Source: Auanema rhodensis (Eukaryota; Animalia; Nematoda). From it: a stretch of 64,000 nucleotides of DNA. Below are positions 12,636 to 26,324 of the stretch, piece after piece (position 1 is the first letter of the stretch; each line of letters starts with the position of its first letter). The position numbers and the translations under genes were made by a program. The DNA lies in assembly GCA_964057225.1 (NCBI GenBank), contig OZ059897.1, forward strand, positions 18,414,001 to 18,478,000. The letters are read 5' to 3'. A model generated the notes under the pieces. The model saw only the letters and a list, made by a program, of their open reading frames with translations, ran no database searches and was not told the DNA's origin.

Positions 12636-15600
12636 TGCACTTTACTACATTGAGAAACGCTTGATACAAAAATTAGTTATGATCGTTTGAAAATTGATGC
12701 ATTAGTGTATGTTGAGTTTCCATGTACACTCAACATTGCTTCCAAAAACATTTTGACAAAAATTTTTTCGAAAAATTTCAAAATAATTTAGCAAAAAGTA
12801 GATGTTTTTAGATTCCATTTTTCAAGGCAAAGACGATGGACAATGTTATTCAACGAAAAAATTAATTCTTCAGGGTGAAAATCGAGGATATAAGTGTGAA
12901 CTTATATCAGTTGATATCTCGGTGCATTTTTAAGCTAGCGCAAATCTGATAACACAGATCGACGCAGCTTAAAAATCCGCATCGAATGCACTATACTACA
13001 TTAAGAATCGCTTGATACAAAAATTAGTTATGATCGTTTGAAAAATGATGCATTAGTGTATGTTGAGTTTCCATGTACACTCAACATTGCTTCCAAAAAC
13101 ATTTTGACAAAAATTTTTTCGAAAAATTTCAAAAAAATTTAGCAAAAAATAGATGTTTTTAGATTCCATTTTTCAAGGCAAAGACGATGGACAATGTTAT
13201 TCAACGAAAAAATTAATTCTTCAGGGTGAAAATCGAGGATATAAGTGTGAACTTATATCAGTTGATATCTCGGTGCATTTTTAAGCTAGCGCAAATCTGA
13301 TAACACAGATCGACGCAGCTTAAAAATCCGCATCGAATGCACTATACTACATTAAGAAACGCTTGATACAAAAATTAGTTATGATCGTTTGAAAAATGAT
13401 GCATTAGTGTATGTTGAGTTTCCATGTACAATCAACATTGCTTCCAAAAACATTTTGACAAAAATTTTTTCGAAAAATTTCAAAATAATTTAGCAAAAAG
13501 TAGATGTTTTTAGATTCCATTTTTCAAGGCAAAGACGATGGACAATGTTATTCAACGAAAAAATTAATTCTTCAGGGTGAAAATCGAGGATATAAGTGTG
13601 AACCTATATCAGTTGATATCTCGGTGCATTTTTAAGCTAGCGCAAATCTGATAACACAGATCGACGCAGCTTAAAAATCCGCATCGAATGCACTATACTA
13701 CATTGAGAAACGCTTAATACAAAAATTAGTTATGATCGTTTGAAAAATGATGCATTAGTGTATGTTGAGTTTCCATGTACACTCAACATTGCTTCCAAAA
13801 ACATTTTGACAAAAATTTTTTCGAAAAATTTCAAAATAATTTAGCAAAAAGTAGATGTTTTTAGATTCCATTTTTCAAGGCAAAGACGATGGACAATGTT
13901 ATTCAACGAAAAAATTAATTCTTCAGGGTGAAAATCGAGGATATAAGTGTGAACCTATATCAGTTGATATCTCGGTGCATTTTTAAGCTAGCGCAAATCT
14001 GATAACACAGATCGACGCAGCTTAAAAATCCGCATCGAATGCACTTTACTACATTGAGAAACGCTTGATACAAAAATTAGTTATGATCGTTTGAAAATTG
14101 ATGCATTAGTGTATGTTGAGTTTCCATGTACACTCAACATTGCTTCCAAAAACATTTTGACAAAAATTTTTTCGAAAAATTTCAAAATAATTTAGCAAAA
14201 AGTAGATGTTTTTAGATTCCATTTTTCAAGGCAAAGACGATGGACAATGTTATTCAACGAAAAAATTAATTCTTCAGGGTGAAAATCGAGGATATAAGTG
14301 TGAACTTATATCAGTTGATATCTCGGTGCATTTTTAAGCTAGCGCAAATCTGATAACACAGATCGACGCAGCTTAAAAATCCGCATCGAATGCACTATAC
14401 TACATTAAGAATCGCTTGATACAAAAATTAGTTATGATCGTTTGAAAAATGATGCATTAGTGTATGTTGAGTTTCCATGTACACTCAACATTGCTTCCAA
14501 AAACATTTTGACAAAAATTTTTTCGAAAAATTTCAAAAAAATTTAGCAAAAAATAGATGTTTTTAGATTCCATTTTTCAAGGCAAAGACGATGGACAATG
14601 TTATTCAACGAAAAAATTAATTCTTCAGGGTGAAAATCGAGGATATAAGTGTGAACTTATATCAGTTGATATCTCGGTGCATTTTTAAGCTAGCGCAAAT
14701 CTGATAACACAGATCGACGCAGCTTAAAAATCCGCATCGAATGCACTATACTACATTAAGAAACGCTTGATACAAAAATTAGTTATGATCGTTTGAAAAA
14801 TGATGCATTAGTGTATGTTGAGTTTCCATGTACAATCAACATTGCTTCCAAAAACATTTTGACAAAAATTTTTTCGAAAAATTTCAAAATAATTTAGCAA
14901 AAAGTAGATGTTTTTAGATTCCATTTTTCAAGGCAAAGACGATGGACAATGTTATTCAACGAAAAAATTAATTCTTCAGGGTGAAAATCGAGGATATAAG
15001 TGTGAACCTATATCAGTTGATATCTCGGTGCATTTTTAAGCTAGCGCAAATCTGATAACACAGATCGACGCAGCTTAAAAATCCGCATCGAATGCACTAT
15101 ACTACATTGAGAAACGCTTAATACAAAAATTAGTTATGATCGTTTGAAAAATGATGCATTAGTGTATGTTGAGTTTCCATGTACACTCAACATTGCTTCC
15201 AAAAACATTTTGACAAAAATTTTTTCGAAAAATTTCAAAATAATTTAGCAAAAAGTAGATGTTTTTAGATTCCTTTTTTCAAGGCAAAGACGATGGACAA
15301 TGTTATTCAACGAAAAAATTAATTCTTCAGGGTGAAAATCGAGGATATAAGTGTGAACTTATATCAGTTGATATCTCGGTGCATTTTTAAGCTAGCGCAA
15401 ATCTGATAACACAGATCGACGCAGCTTAAAAATCCGCATCGAATGCACTTTACTACATTGAGAAACGCTTGATACAAAAATTAGTTATGATCGTTTGAAA
15501 AATGATGCATTAGTGTATGTTGAGTTTCCATGTACACTCAACATTGCTTCCAAAAACATTTTGACAAAAATTTTTTCGAAAAATTTCAAAATAATTTAGC

Positions 15601-18600
15601 AAAAAGTAGATGTTTTTAGATTCCATTTTTCAAGGCAAAGACGATAGACAATGTTATTCAACGAAAAAATTAATTCTTCAGGGTGAAAATCGAGGATATA
15701 AGTGTGAACTTATATCAGTTGATATCTCGGTGCATTTTTAAGCTAGCGCAAATCTGATAACACAGATCGACGCAGCTTAAAAATCCGCATCGAATGCACT
15801 TTACTACATTGAGAAACGCTTGATACAAAAATTAGTTATGATCGTTTGAAAAATGATGCATTAGTGTATGTTGAGTTTCCATGTACACTCAACATTGCTT
15901 CCAAAAACATTTTGACAAAAATTTTTTCGAAAAATTTCAAAATAATTTAGCAAAAAGTAGATGTTTTTAGATTCCATTTTTCAAGGCAAAGACGATGGAC
16001 AATGTTATTCAACGAAAAAATTAATTCTTCAGGGTGAAAATCGAGGATATAAGTGTGAACTTATATCAGTTGATATCTCGGTGCATTTTTAAGCTAGCGC
16101 AAATCTGATAACACAGATCGACGCAGCTTAAAAATCCGCATCGAATGCACTTTACTACATTGAGAAACGCTTGATACAAAAATTAGTTATGATCGTTTGA
16201 AAATTGATGCATTAGTGTATGTTGAGTTTCCATGTACACTCAACATTGCTTCCAAAAACATTTTGACAAAAATTTTTTCGAAAAATTTCAAAATAATTTA
16301 GCAAAAAGTAGATGTTTTTAGATTCCATTTTTCAAGGCAAAGACGATGGACAATGTTATTCAACGAAAAAATTAATTCTTCAGGGTGAAAATCGAGGATA
16401 TAAGTGTGAACTTATATCAGTTGATATCTCGGTGCATTTTTAAGCTAGCGCAAATCTGATAACACAGATCGACGCAGCTTAAAAATCCGCATCGAATGCA
16501 CTATACTACATTAAGAATCGCTTGATACAAAAATTAGTTATGATCGTTTGAAAAATGATGCATTAGTGTATGTTGAGTTTCCATGTACACTCAACATTGC
16601 TTCCAAAAACATTTTGACAAAAATTTTTTCGAAAAATTTCAAAAAAATTTAGCAAAAAATAGATGTTTTTAGATTCCATTTTTCAAGGCAAAGACGATGG
16701 ACAATGTTATTCAACGAAAAAATTAATTCTTCAGGGTGAAAATCGAGGATATAAGTGTGAACTTATATCAGTTGATATCTCGGTGCATTTTTAAGCTAGC
16801 GCAAATCTGATAACACAGATCGACGCAGCTTAAAAATCCGCATCGAATGCACTATACTACATTAAGAAACGCTTGATACAAAAATTAGTTATGATCGTTT
16901 GAAAAATGATGCATTAGTGTATGTTGAGTTTCCATGTACAATCAACATTGCTTCCAAAAACATTTTGACAAAAATTTTTTCGAAAAATTTCAAAATAATT
17001 TAGCAAAAAGTAGATGTTTTTAGATTCCATTTTTCAAGGCAAAGACGATGGACAATGTTATTCAACGAAAAAATTAATTCTTCAGGGTGAAAATCGAGGA
17101 TATAAGTGTGAACCTATATCAGTTGATATCTCGGTGCATTTTTAAGCTAGCGCAAATCTGATAACACAGATCGACGCAGCTTAAAAATCCGCATCGAATG
17201 CACTATACTACATTGAGAAACGCTTAATACAAAAATTAGTTATGATCGTTTGAAAAATGATGCATTAGTGTATGTTGAGTTTCCATGTACACTCAACATT
17301 GCTTCCAAAAACATTTTGACAAAAATTTTTTCGAAAAATTTCAGAATAATTTAGCAAAAAGTAGATGTTTTTAGATTCCTTTTTTCAAGGCAAAGACGAT
17401 GGACAATGTTATTCAACGAAAAAATTAATTCTTCAGGGTGAAAATCGAGGATATAAGTGTGAACTTATATCAGTTGATATCTCGGTGCATTTTTAAGCTA
17501 GCGCAAATCTGATAACACAGATCGACGCAGCTTAAAAATCCGCATCGAATGCACTTTACTACATTGAGAAACGCTTGATACAAAAATTAGTTATGATCGT
17601 TTGAAAAATGATGCATTAGTGTATGTTGAGTTTCCATGTACACTCAACATTGCTTCCAAAAACATTTTGACAAAAATTTTTTCGAAAAATTTCAAAATAA
17701 TTTAGCAAAAAGTAGATGTTTTTAGATTCCATTTTTCAAGGCAAAGACGATAGACAATGTTATTCAACGAAAAAATTAATTCTTCAGGGTGAAAATCGAG
17801 GATATAAGTGTGAACTTATATCAGTTGATATCTCGGTGCATTTTTAAGCTAGCGCAAATCTGATAACACAGATCGACGCAGCTTAAAAATCCGCATCGAA
17901 TGCACTTTACTACATTGAGAAACGCTTGATACAAAAATTAGTTATGATCGTTTGAAAAATGATGCATTAGTGTATGTTGAGTTTCCATGTACACTCAACA
18001 TTGCTTCCAAAAACATTTTGACAAAAATTTTTTCGAAAAATTTCAAAATAATTTAGCAAAAAGTAGATGTTTTTAGATTCCATTTTTCAAGGCAAAGACG
18101 ATGGACAATGTTATTCAACGAAAAAATTAATTCTTCAGGGTGAAAATCGAGGATATAAGTGTGAACTTATATCAGTTGATATCTCGGTGCATTTTTAAGC
18201 TAGCGCAAATCTGATAACACAGATCGACGCAGCTTAAAAATCCGCATCGAATGCACTTTACTACATTGAGAAACGCTTGATACAAAAATTAGTTATGATC
18301 GTTTGAAAATTGATGCATTAGTGTATGTTGAGTTTCCATGTACACTCAACATTGCTTCCAAAAACATTTTGACAAAAATTTTTTCGAAAAATTTCAAAAT
18401 AATTTAGCAAAAAGTAGATGTTTTTAGATTCCATTTTTCAAGGCAAAGACGATGGACAATGTTATTCAACGAAAAAATTAATTCTTCAGGGTGAAAATCG
18501 AGGATATAAGTGTGAACTTATATCAGTTGATATCTCGGTGCATTTTTAAGCTAGCGCAAATCTGATAACACAGATCGACGCAGCTTAAAAATCCGCATCG

Positions 18601-21600
18601 AATGCACTATACTACATTAAGAATCGCTTGATACAAAAATTAGTTATGATCGTTTGAAAAATGATGCATTAGTGTATGTTGAGTTTCCATGTACACTCAA
18701 CATTGCTTCCAAAAACATTTTGACAAAAATTTTTTCGAAAAATTTCAAAAAAATTTAGCAAAAAATAGATGTTTTTAGATTCCATTTTTCAAGGCAAAGA
18801 CGATGGACAATGTTATTCAACGAAAAAATTAATTCTTCAGGGTGAAAATCGAGGATATAAGTGTGAACTTATATCAGTTGATATCTCGGTGCATTTTTAA
18901 GCTAGCGCAAATCTGATAACACAGATCGACGCAGCTTAAAAATCCGCATCGAATGCACTATACTACATTAAGAAACGCTTGATACAAAAATTAGTTATGA
19001 TCGTTTGAAAAATGATGCATTAGTGTATGTTGAGTTTCCATGTACAATCAACATTGCTTCCAAAAACATTTTGACAAAAATTTTTTCGAAAAATTTCAAA
19101 ATAATTTAGCAAAAAGTAGATGTTTTTAGATTCCATTTTTCAAGGCAAAGACGATGGACAATGTTATTCAACGAAAAAATTAATTCTTCAGGGTGAAAAT
19201 CGAGGATATAAGTGTGAACTTATATCAGTTGATATCTCGGTGCATTTTTAAGCTAGCGCAAATCTGATAACACAGATCGACGCAGCTTAAAAATCCGCAT
19301 CGAATGCACTTTACTACATTGAGAAACGCTTGATACAAAAATTAGTTATGATCGTTTGAAAAATGATGCATTAGTGTATGTTGAGTTTCCATGTACACTC
19401 AACATTGCTTCCAAAAACATTTTGACAAAAATTTTTTCGAAAAATTTCAAAATAATTTAGCAAAAAGTAGATGTTTTTAGATTCCATTTTTCAAGGCAAA
19501 GACGATGGACAATGTTATTCAACGAAAAAATTAATTCTTCAGGGTGAAAATCGAGGATATAAGTGTGAACTTATATCAGTTGATATCTCGGTGCATTTTT
19601 AAGCTAGCGCAAATCTGATAACACAGATCGACGCAGCTTAAAAATCCGCATCGAATGCACTTTACTACATTGAGAAACGCTTGATACAAAAATTAGTTAT
19701 GATCGTTTGAAAATTGATGCATTAGTGTATGTTGAGTTTCCATGTACACTCAACATTGCTTCCAAAAACATTTTGACAAAAATTTTTTCGAAAAATTTCA
19801 AAATAATTTAGCAAAAAGTAGATGTTTTTAGATTCCATTTTTCAAGGCAAAGACGATGGACAATGTTATTCAACGAAAAAATTAATTCTTCAGGGTGAAA
19901 ATCGAGGATATAAGTGTGAACTTATATCAGTTGATATCTCGGTGCATTTTTAAGCTAGCGCAAATCTGATAACACAGATCGACGCAGCTTAAAAATCCGC
20001 ATCGAATGCACTATACTACATTAAGAATCGCTTGATACAAAAATTAGTTATGATCGTTTGAAAAATGATGCATTAGTGTATGTTGAGTTTCCATGTACAC
20101 TCAACATTGCTTCCAAAAACATTTTGACAAAAATTTTTTCGAAAAATTTCAAAAAAATTTAGCAAAAAATAGATGTTTTTAGATTCCATTTTTCAAGGCA
20201 AAGACGATGGACAATGTTATTCAACGAAAAAATTAATTCTTCAGGGTGAAAATCGAGGATATAAGTGTGAACTTATATCAGTTGATATCTCGGTGCATTT
20301 TTAAGCTAGCGCAAATCTGATAACACAGATCGACGCAGCTTAAAAATCCGCATCGAATGCACTATACTACATTAAGAAACGCTTGATACAAAAATTAGTT
20401 ATGATCGTTTGAAAAATGATGCATTAGTGTATGTTGAGTTTCCATGTACAATCAACATTGCTTCCAAAAACATTTTGACAAAAATTTTTTCGAAAAATTT
20501 CAAAATAATTTAGCAAAAAGTAGATGTTTTTAGATTCCATTTTTCAAGGCAAAGACGATGGACAATGTTATTCAACGAAAAAATTAATTCTTCAGGGTGA
20601 AAATCGAGGATATAAGTGTGAACCTATATCAGTTGATATCTCGGTGCATTTTTAAGCTAGCGCAAATCTGATAACACAGATCGACGCAGCTTAAAAATCC
20701 GCATCGAATGCACTATACTACATTGAGAAACGCTTAATACAAAAATTAGTTATGATCGTTTGAAAAATGATGCATTAGTGTATGTTGAGTTTCCATGTAC
20801 ACTCAACATTGCTTCCAAAAACATTTTGACAAAAATTTTTTCGAAAAATTTCAAAATAATTTAGCAAAAAGTAGATGTTTTTAGATTCCTTTTTTCAAGG
20901 CAAAGACGATGGACAATGTTATTCAACGAAAAAATTAATTCTTCAGGGTGAAAATCGAGGATATAAGTGTGAACTTATATCAGTTGATATCTCGGTGCAT
21001 TTTTAAGCTAGCGCAAATCTGATAACACAGATCGACGCAGCTTAAAAATCCGCATCGAATGCACTTTACTACATTGAGAAACGCTTGATACAAAAATTAG
21101 TTATGATCGTTTGAAAAATGATGCATTAGTGTATGTTGAGTTTCCATGTACACTCAACATTGCTTCCAAAAACATTTTGACAAAAATTTTTTCGAAAAAT
21201 TTCAAAATAATTTAGCAAAAAGTAGATGTTTTTAGATTCCATTTTTCAAGGCAAAGACGATAGACAATGTTATTCAACGAAAAAATTAATTCTTCAGGGT
21301 GAAAATCGAGGATATAAGTGTGAACTTATATCAGTTGATATCTCGGTGCATTTTTAAGCTAGCGCAAATCTGATAACACAGATCGACGCAGCTTAAAAAT
21401 CCGCATCGAATGCACTTTACTACATTGAGAAACGCTTGATACAAAAATTAGTTATGATCGTTTGAAAAATGATGCATTAGTGTATGTTGAGTTTCCATGT
21501 ACACTCAACATTGCTTCCAAAAACATTTTGACAAAAATTTTTTCGAAAAATTTCAAAATAATTTAGCAAAAAGTAGATGTTTTTAGATTCCATTTTTCAA

Positions 21601-21761
21601 GGCAAAGACGATGGACAATGTTATTCAACGAAAAAATTAATTCTTCAGGGTGAAAATCGAGGATATAAGTGTGAACTTATATCAGTTGATATCTCGGTGC
21701 ATTTTTAAGCTAGCGCAAATCTGATAACACAGATCGACGCAGCTTAAAAATCCGCATCGAA
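12636..21761. repeat. Local 6-mer higher-order repeat (2106-bp unit): three full and two truncated 4-mer copies
   Basis: Order 59T / 149A+163A / 94A+267C / 28A+182T / 203A / plain starts at 14040, 16146 and 19656. Truncated units start at 12636 and 18252. Confidence 0.85.
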
Positions 21762-22112
21762 TGCACTTTACTACATTGAGAAACGCTTGATACAAAAATT
21801 AGTTATGATCGTTTGAAAAATGATGCATTAGTGTATGTTGAGTTTCCATGTACACTCAACATTGCTTCCAAAAACATTTTGACAAAAATTTTTTCGAAAA
21901 ATTTCAAAATAATTTAGCAAAAAGTAGATGTTTTTAGATTCCATTTTTCAAGGCAAAGACGATGGACAATGTTATTCAACGAAAAAATTAATTCTTCAGG
22001 GTGAAAATCGAGGATATAAGTGTGAACTTATATCAGTTGATATCTCGGTGCATTTTTAAGCTAGCGCAAATCTGATAACACAGATCGACGCAGCTTAAAA
22101 ATCCGCATCGAA

Positions 22113-25100
22113 TGCACTATACTACATTAAGAATCGCTTGATACAAAAATTAGTTATGATCGTTTGAAAAATGATGCATTAGTGTATGTTGAGTTTCCAT
22201 GTACACTCAACATTGCTTCCAAAAACATTTTGACAAAAATTTTTTCGAAAAATTTCAAAAAAATTTAGCAAAAAATAGATGTTTTTAGATTCCATTTTTC
22301 AAGGCAAAGACGATGGACAATGTTATTCAACGAAAAAATTAATTCTTCAGGGTGAAAATCGAGGATATAAGTGTGAACTTATATCAGTTGATATCTCGGT
22401 GCATTTTTAAGCTAGCGCAAATCTGATAACACAGATCGACGCAGCTTAAAAATCCGCATCGAATGCACTATACTACATTAAGAAACGCTTGATACAAAAA
22501 TTAGTTATGATCGTTTGAAAAATGATGCATTAGTGTATGTTGAGTTTCCATGTACACTCAACATTGCTTCCAAAAACATTTTGACAAAAATTTTTTCGAA
22601 AAATTTCAAAAAAATTTAGCAAAAAATAGATGTTTTTAGATTCCATTTTTCAAGGCAAAGACGATGGACAATGTTATTCAACGAAAAAATTAATTCTTCA
22701 GGGTGAAAATCGAGGATATAAGTGTGAACTTATATCAGTTGATATCTCGGTGCATTTTTAAGCTAGCGCAAATCTGATAACACAGATCGACGCAGCTTAA
22801 AAATCCGCATCGAATGCACTATACTACATTAAGAAACGCTTGATACAAAAATTAGTTATGATCGTTTGAAAAATGATGCATTAGTGTATGTTGAGTTTCC
22901 ATGTACACTCAACATTGCTTCCAAAAACATTTTGACAAAAATTTTTTCGAAAAATTTCAAAATAATTTAGCAAAAAGTAGATGTTTTTAGATTCCATTTT
23001 TCAAGGCAAAGACGATGGACAATGTTATTCAACGAAAAAATTAATTCTTCAGGGTGAAAATCGAGGATATAAGTGTGAACTTATATCAGTTGATATCTCG
23101 GTGCATTTTTAAGCTAGCGCAAATCTGATAACACAGATCGACGCAGCTTAAAAATCCGCATCGAATGCACTATACTACATTAAGAATCGCTTGATACAAA
23201 AATTAGTTATGATCGTTTGAAAAATGATGCATTAGTGTATGTTGAGTTTCCATGTACACTCAACATTGCTTCCAAAAACATTTTGACAAAAATTTTTTCG
23301 AAAAATTTCAAAAAAATTTAGCAAAAAATAGATGTTTTTAGATTCCATTTTTCAAGGCAAAGACGATGGACAATGTTATTCAACGAAAAAATTAATTCTT
23401 CAGGGTGAAAATCGAGGATATAAGTGTGAACCTATATCAGTTGATATCTCGGTGCATTTTTAAGCTAGCGCAAATCTGATAACACAGATCGACGCAGCTT
23501 AAAAATCCGCATCGAATGCACTATACTACATTGAGAAACGCTTAATACAAAAATTAGTTATGATCGTTTGAAAAATGATGCATTAGTGTATGTTGAGTTT
23601 CCATGTACACTCAACATTGCTTCCAAAAACATTTTGACAAAAATTTTTTCGAAAAATTTCAAAATAATTTAGCAAAAAGTAGATGTTTTTAGATTCCTTT
23701 TTTCAAGGCAAAGACGATGGACAATGTTATTCAACGAAAAAATTAATTCTTCAGGGTGAAAATCGAGGATATAAGTGTGAACTTATATCAGTTGATATCT
23801 CGGTGCATTTTTAAGCTAGCGCAAATCTGATAACACAGATCGACGCAGCTTAAAAATCCGCATCGAATGCACTTTACTACATTGAGAAACGCTTGATACA
23901 AAAATTACTTATGATCGTTTGAAAAATGATGCATTAGTGTATGTTGAGTTTCCATGTACACTCAACATTGCTTCCAAAAACATTTTGACAAAAATTTTTT
24001 CGAAAAATTTCAAAATAATTTAGCAAAAAGTAGATGTTTTTAGATTCCATTTTTCAAGGCAAAGACGATAGACAATGTTATTCAACGAAAAAATTAATTC
24101 TTCAGGGTGAAAATCGAGGATATAAGTGTGAACTTATATCAGTTGATATCTCGGTGCATTTTTAAGCTAGCGCAAATCTGATAACACAGATCGACGCAGC
24201 TTAAAAATCCGCATCGAATGCACTATACTACATTAAGAATCGCTTGATACAAAAATTAGTTATGATCGTTTGAAAAATGATGCATTAGTGTATGTTGAGT
24301 TTCCATGTACACTCAACATTGCTTCCAAAAACATTTTGACAAAAATTTTTTCGAAAAATTTCAAAAAAATTTAGCAAAAAATAGATGTTTTTAGATTCCA
24401 TTTTTCAAGGCAAAGACGATGGACAATGTTATTCAACGAAAAAATTAATTCTTCAGGGTGAAAATCGAGGATATAAGTGTGAACTTATATCAGTTGATAT
24501 CTCGGTGCATTTTTAAGCTAGCGCAAATCTGATAACACAGATCGACGCAGCTTAAAAATCCGCATCGAATGCACTATACTACATTAAGAAACGCTTGATA
24601 CAAAAATTAGTTATGATCGTTTGAAAAATGATGCATTAGTGTATGTTGAGTTTCCATGTACACTCAACATTGCTTCCAAAAACATTTTGACAAAAATTTT
24701 TTCGAAAAATTTCAAAAAAATTTAGCAAAAAATAGATGTTTTTAGATTCCATTTTTCAAGGCAAAGACGATGGACAATGTTATTCAACGAAAAAATTAAT
24801 TCTTCAGGGTGAAAATCGAGGATATAAGTGTGAACTTATATCAGTTGATATCTCGGTGCATTTTTAAGCTAGCGCAAATCTGATAACACAGATCGACGCA
24901 GCTTAAAAATCCGCATCGAATGCACTATACTACATTAAGAAACGCTTGATACAAAAATTAGTTATGATCGTTTGAAAAATGATGCATTAGTGTATGTTGA
25001 GTTTCCATGTACACTCAACATTGCTTCCAAAAACATTTTGACAAAAATTTTTTCGAAAAATTTCAAAATAATTTAGCAAAAAGTAGATGTTTTTAGATTC

Positions 25101-26324
25101 CATTTTTCAAGGCAAAGACGATGGACAATGTTATTCAACGAAAAAATTAATTCTTCAGGGTGAAAATCGAGGATATAAGTGTGAACTTATATCAGTTGAT
25201 ATCTCGGTGCATTTTTAAGCTAGCGCAAATCTGATAACACAGATCGACGCAGCTTAAAAATCCGCATCGAATGCACTATACTACATTAAGAATCGCTTGA
25301 TACAAAAATTAGTTATGATCGTTTGAAAAATGATGCATTAGTGTATGTTGAGTTTCCATGTACACTCAACATTGCTTCCAAAAACATTTTGACAAAAATT
25401 TTTTCGAAAAATTTCAAAAAAATTTAGCAAAAAATAGATGTTTTTAGATTCCATTTTTCAAGGCAAAGACGATGGACAATGTTATTCAACGAAAAAATTA
25501 ATTCTTCAGGGTGAAAATCGAGGATATAAGTGTGAACCTATATCAGTTGATATCTCGGTGCATTTTTAAGCTAGCGCAAATCTGATAACACAGATCGACG
25601 CAGCTTAAAAATCCGCATCGAATGCACTATACTACATTGAGAAACGCTTAATACAAAAATTAGTTATGATCGTTTGAAAAATGATGCATTAGTGTATGTT
25701 GAGTTTCCATGTACACTCAACATTGCTTCCAAAAACATTTTGACAAAAATTTTTTCGAAAAATTTCAAAATAATTTAGCAAAAAGTAGATGTTTTTAGAT
25801 TCCTTTTTTCAAGGCAAAGACGATGGACAATGTTATTCAACGAAAAAATTAATTCTTCAGGGTGAAAATCGAGGATATAAGTGTGAACTTATATCAGTTG
25901 ATATCTCGGTGCATTTTTAAGCTAGCGCAAATCTGATAACACAGATCGACGCAGCTTAAAAATCCGCATCGAATGCACTTTACTACATTGAGAAACGCTT
26001 GATACAAAAATTACTTATGATCGTTTGAAAAATGATGCATTAGTGTATGTTGAGTTTCCATGTACACTCAACATTGCTTCCAAAAACATTTTGACAAAAA
26101 TTTTTTCGAAAAATTTCAAAATAATTTAGCAAAAAGTAGATGTTTTTAGATTCCATTTTTCAAGGCAAAGACGATAGACAATGTTATTCAACGAAAAAAT
26201 TAATTCTTCAGGGTGAAAATCGAGGATATAAGTGTGAACTTATATCAGTTGATATCTCGGTGCATTTTTAAGCTAGCGCAAATCTGATAACACAGATCGA
26301 CGCAGCTTAAAAATCCGCATCGAA
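22113..26324. repeat. Second 6-mer higher-order repeat x2 (copies 64-69 and 70-75), apparently identical
   Basis: The rare m41C variant (ATTACTT) occurs at 23908 and 26014, exactly 2106 bp apart, and the chimeric monomers are in the same order. Confidence 0.85.
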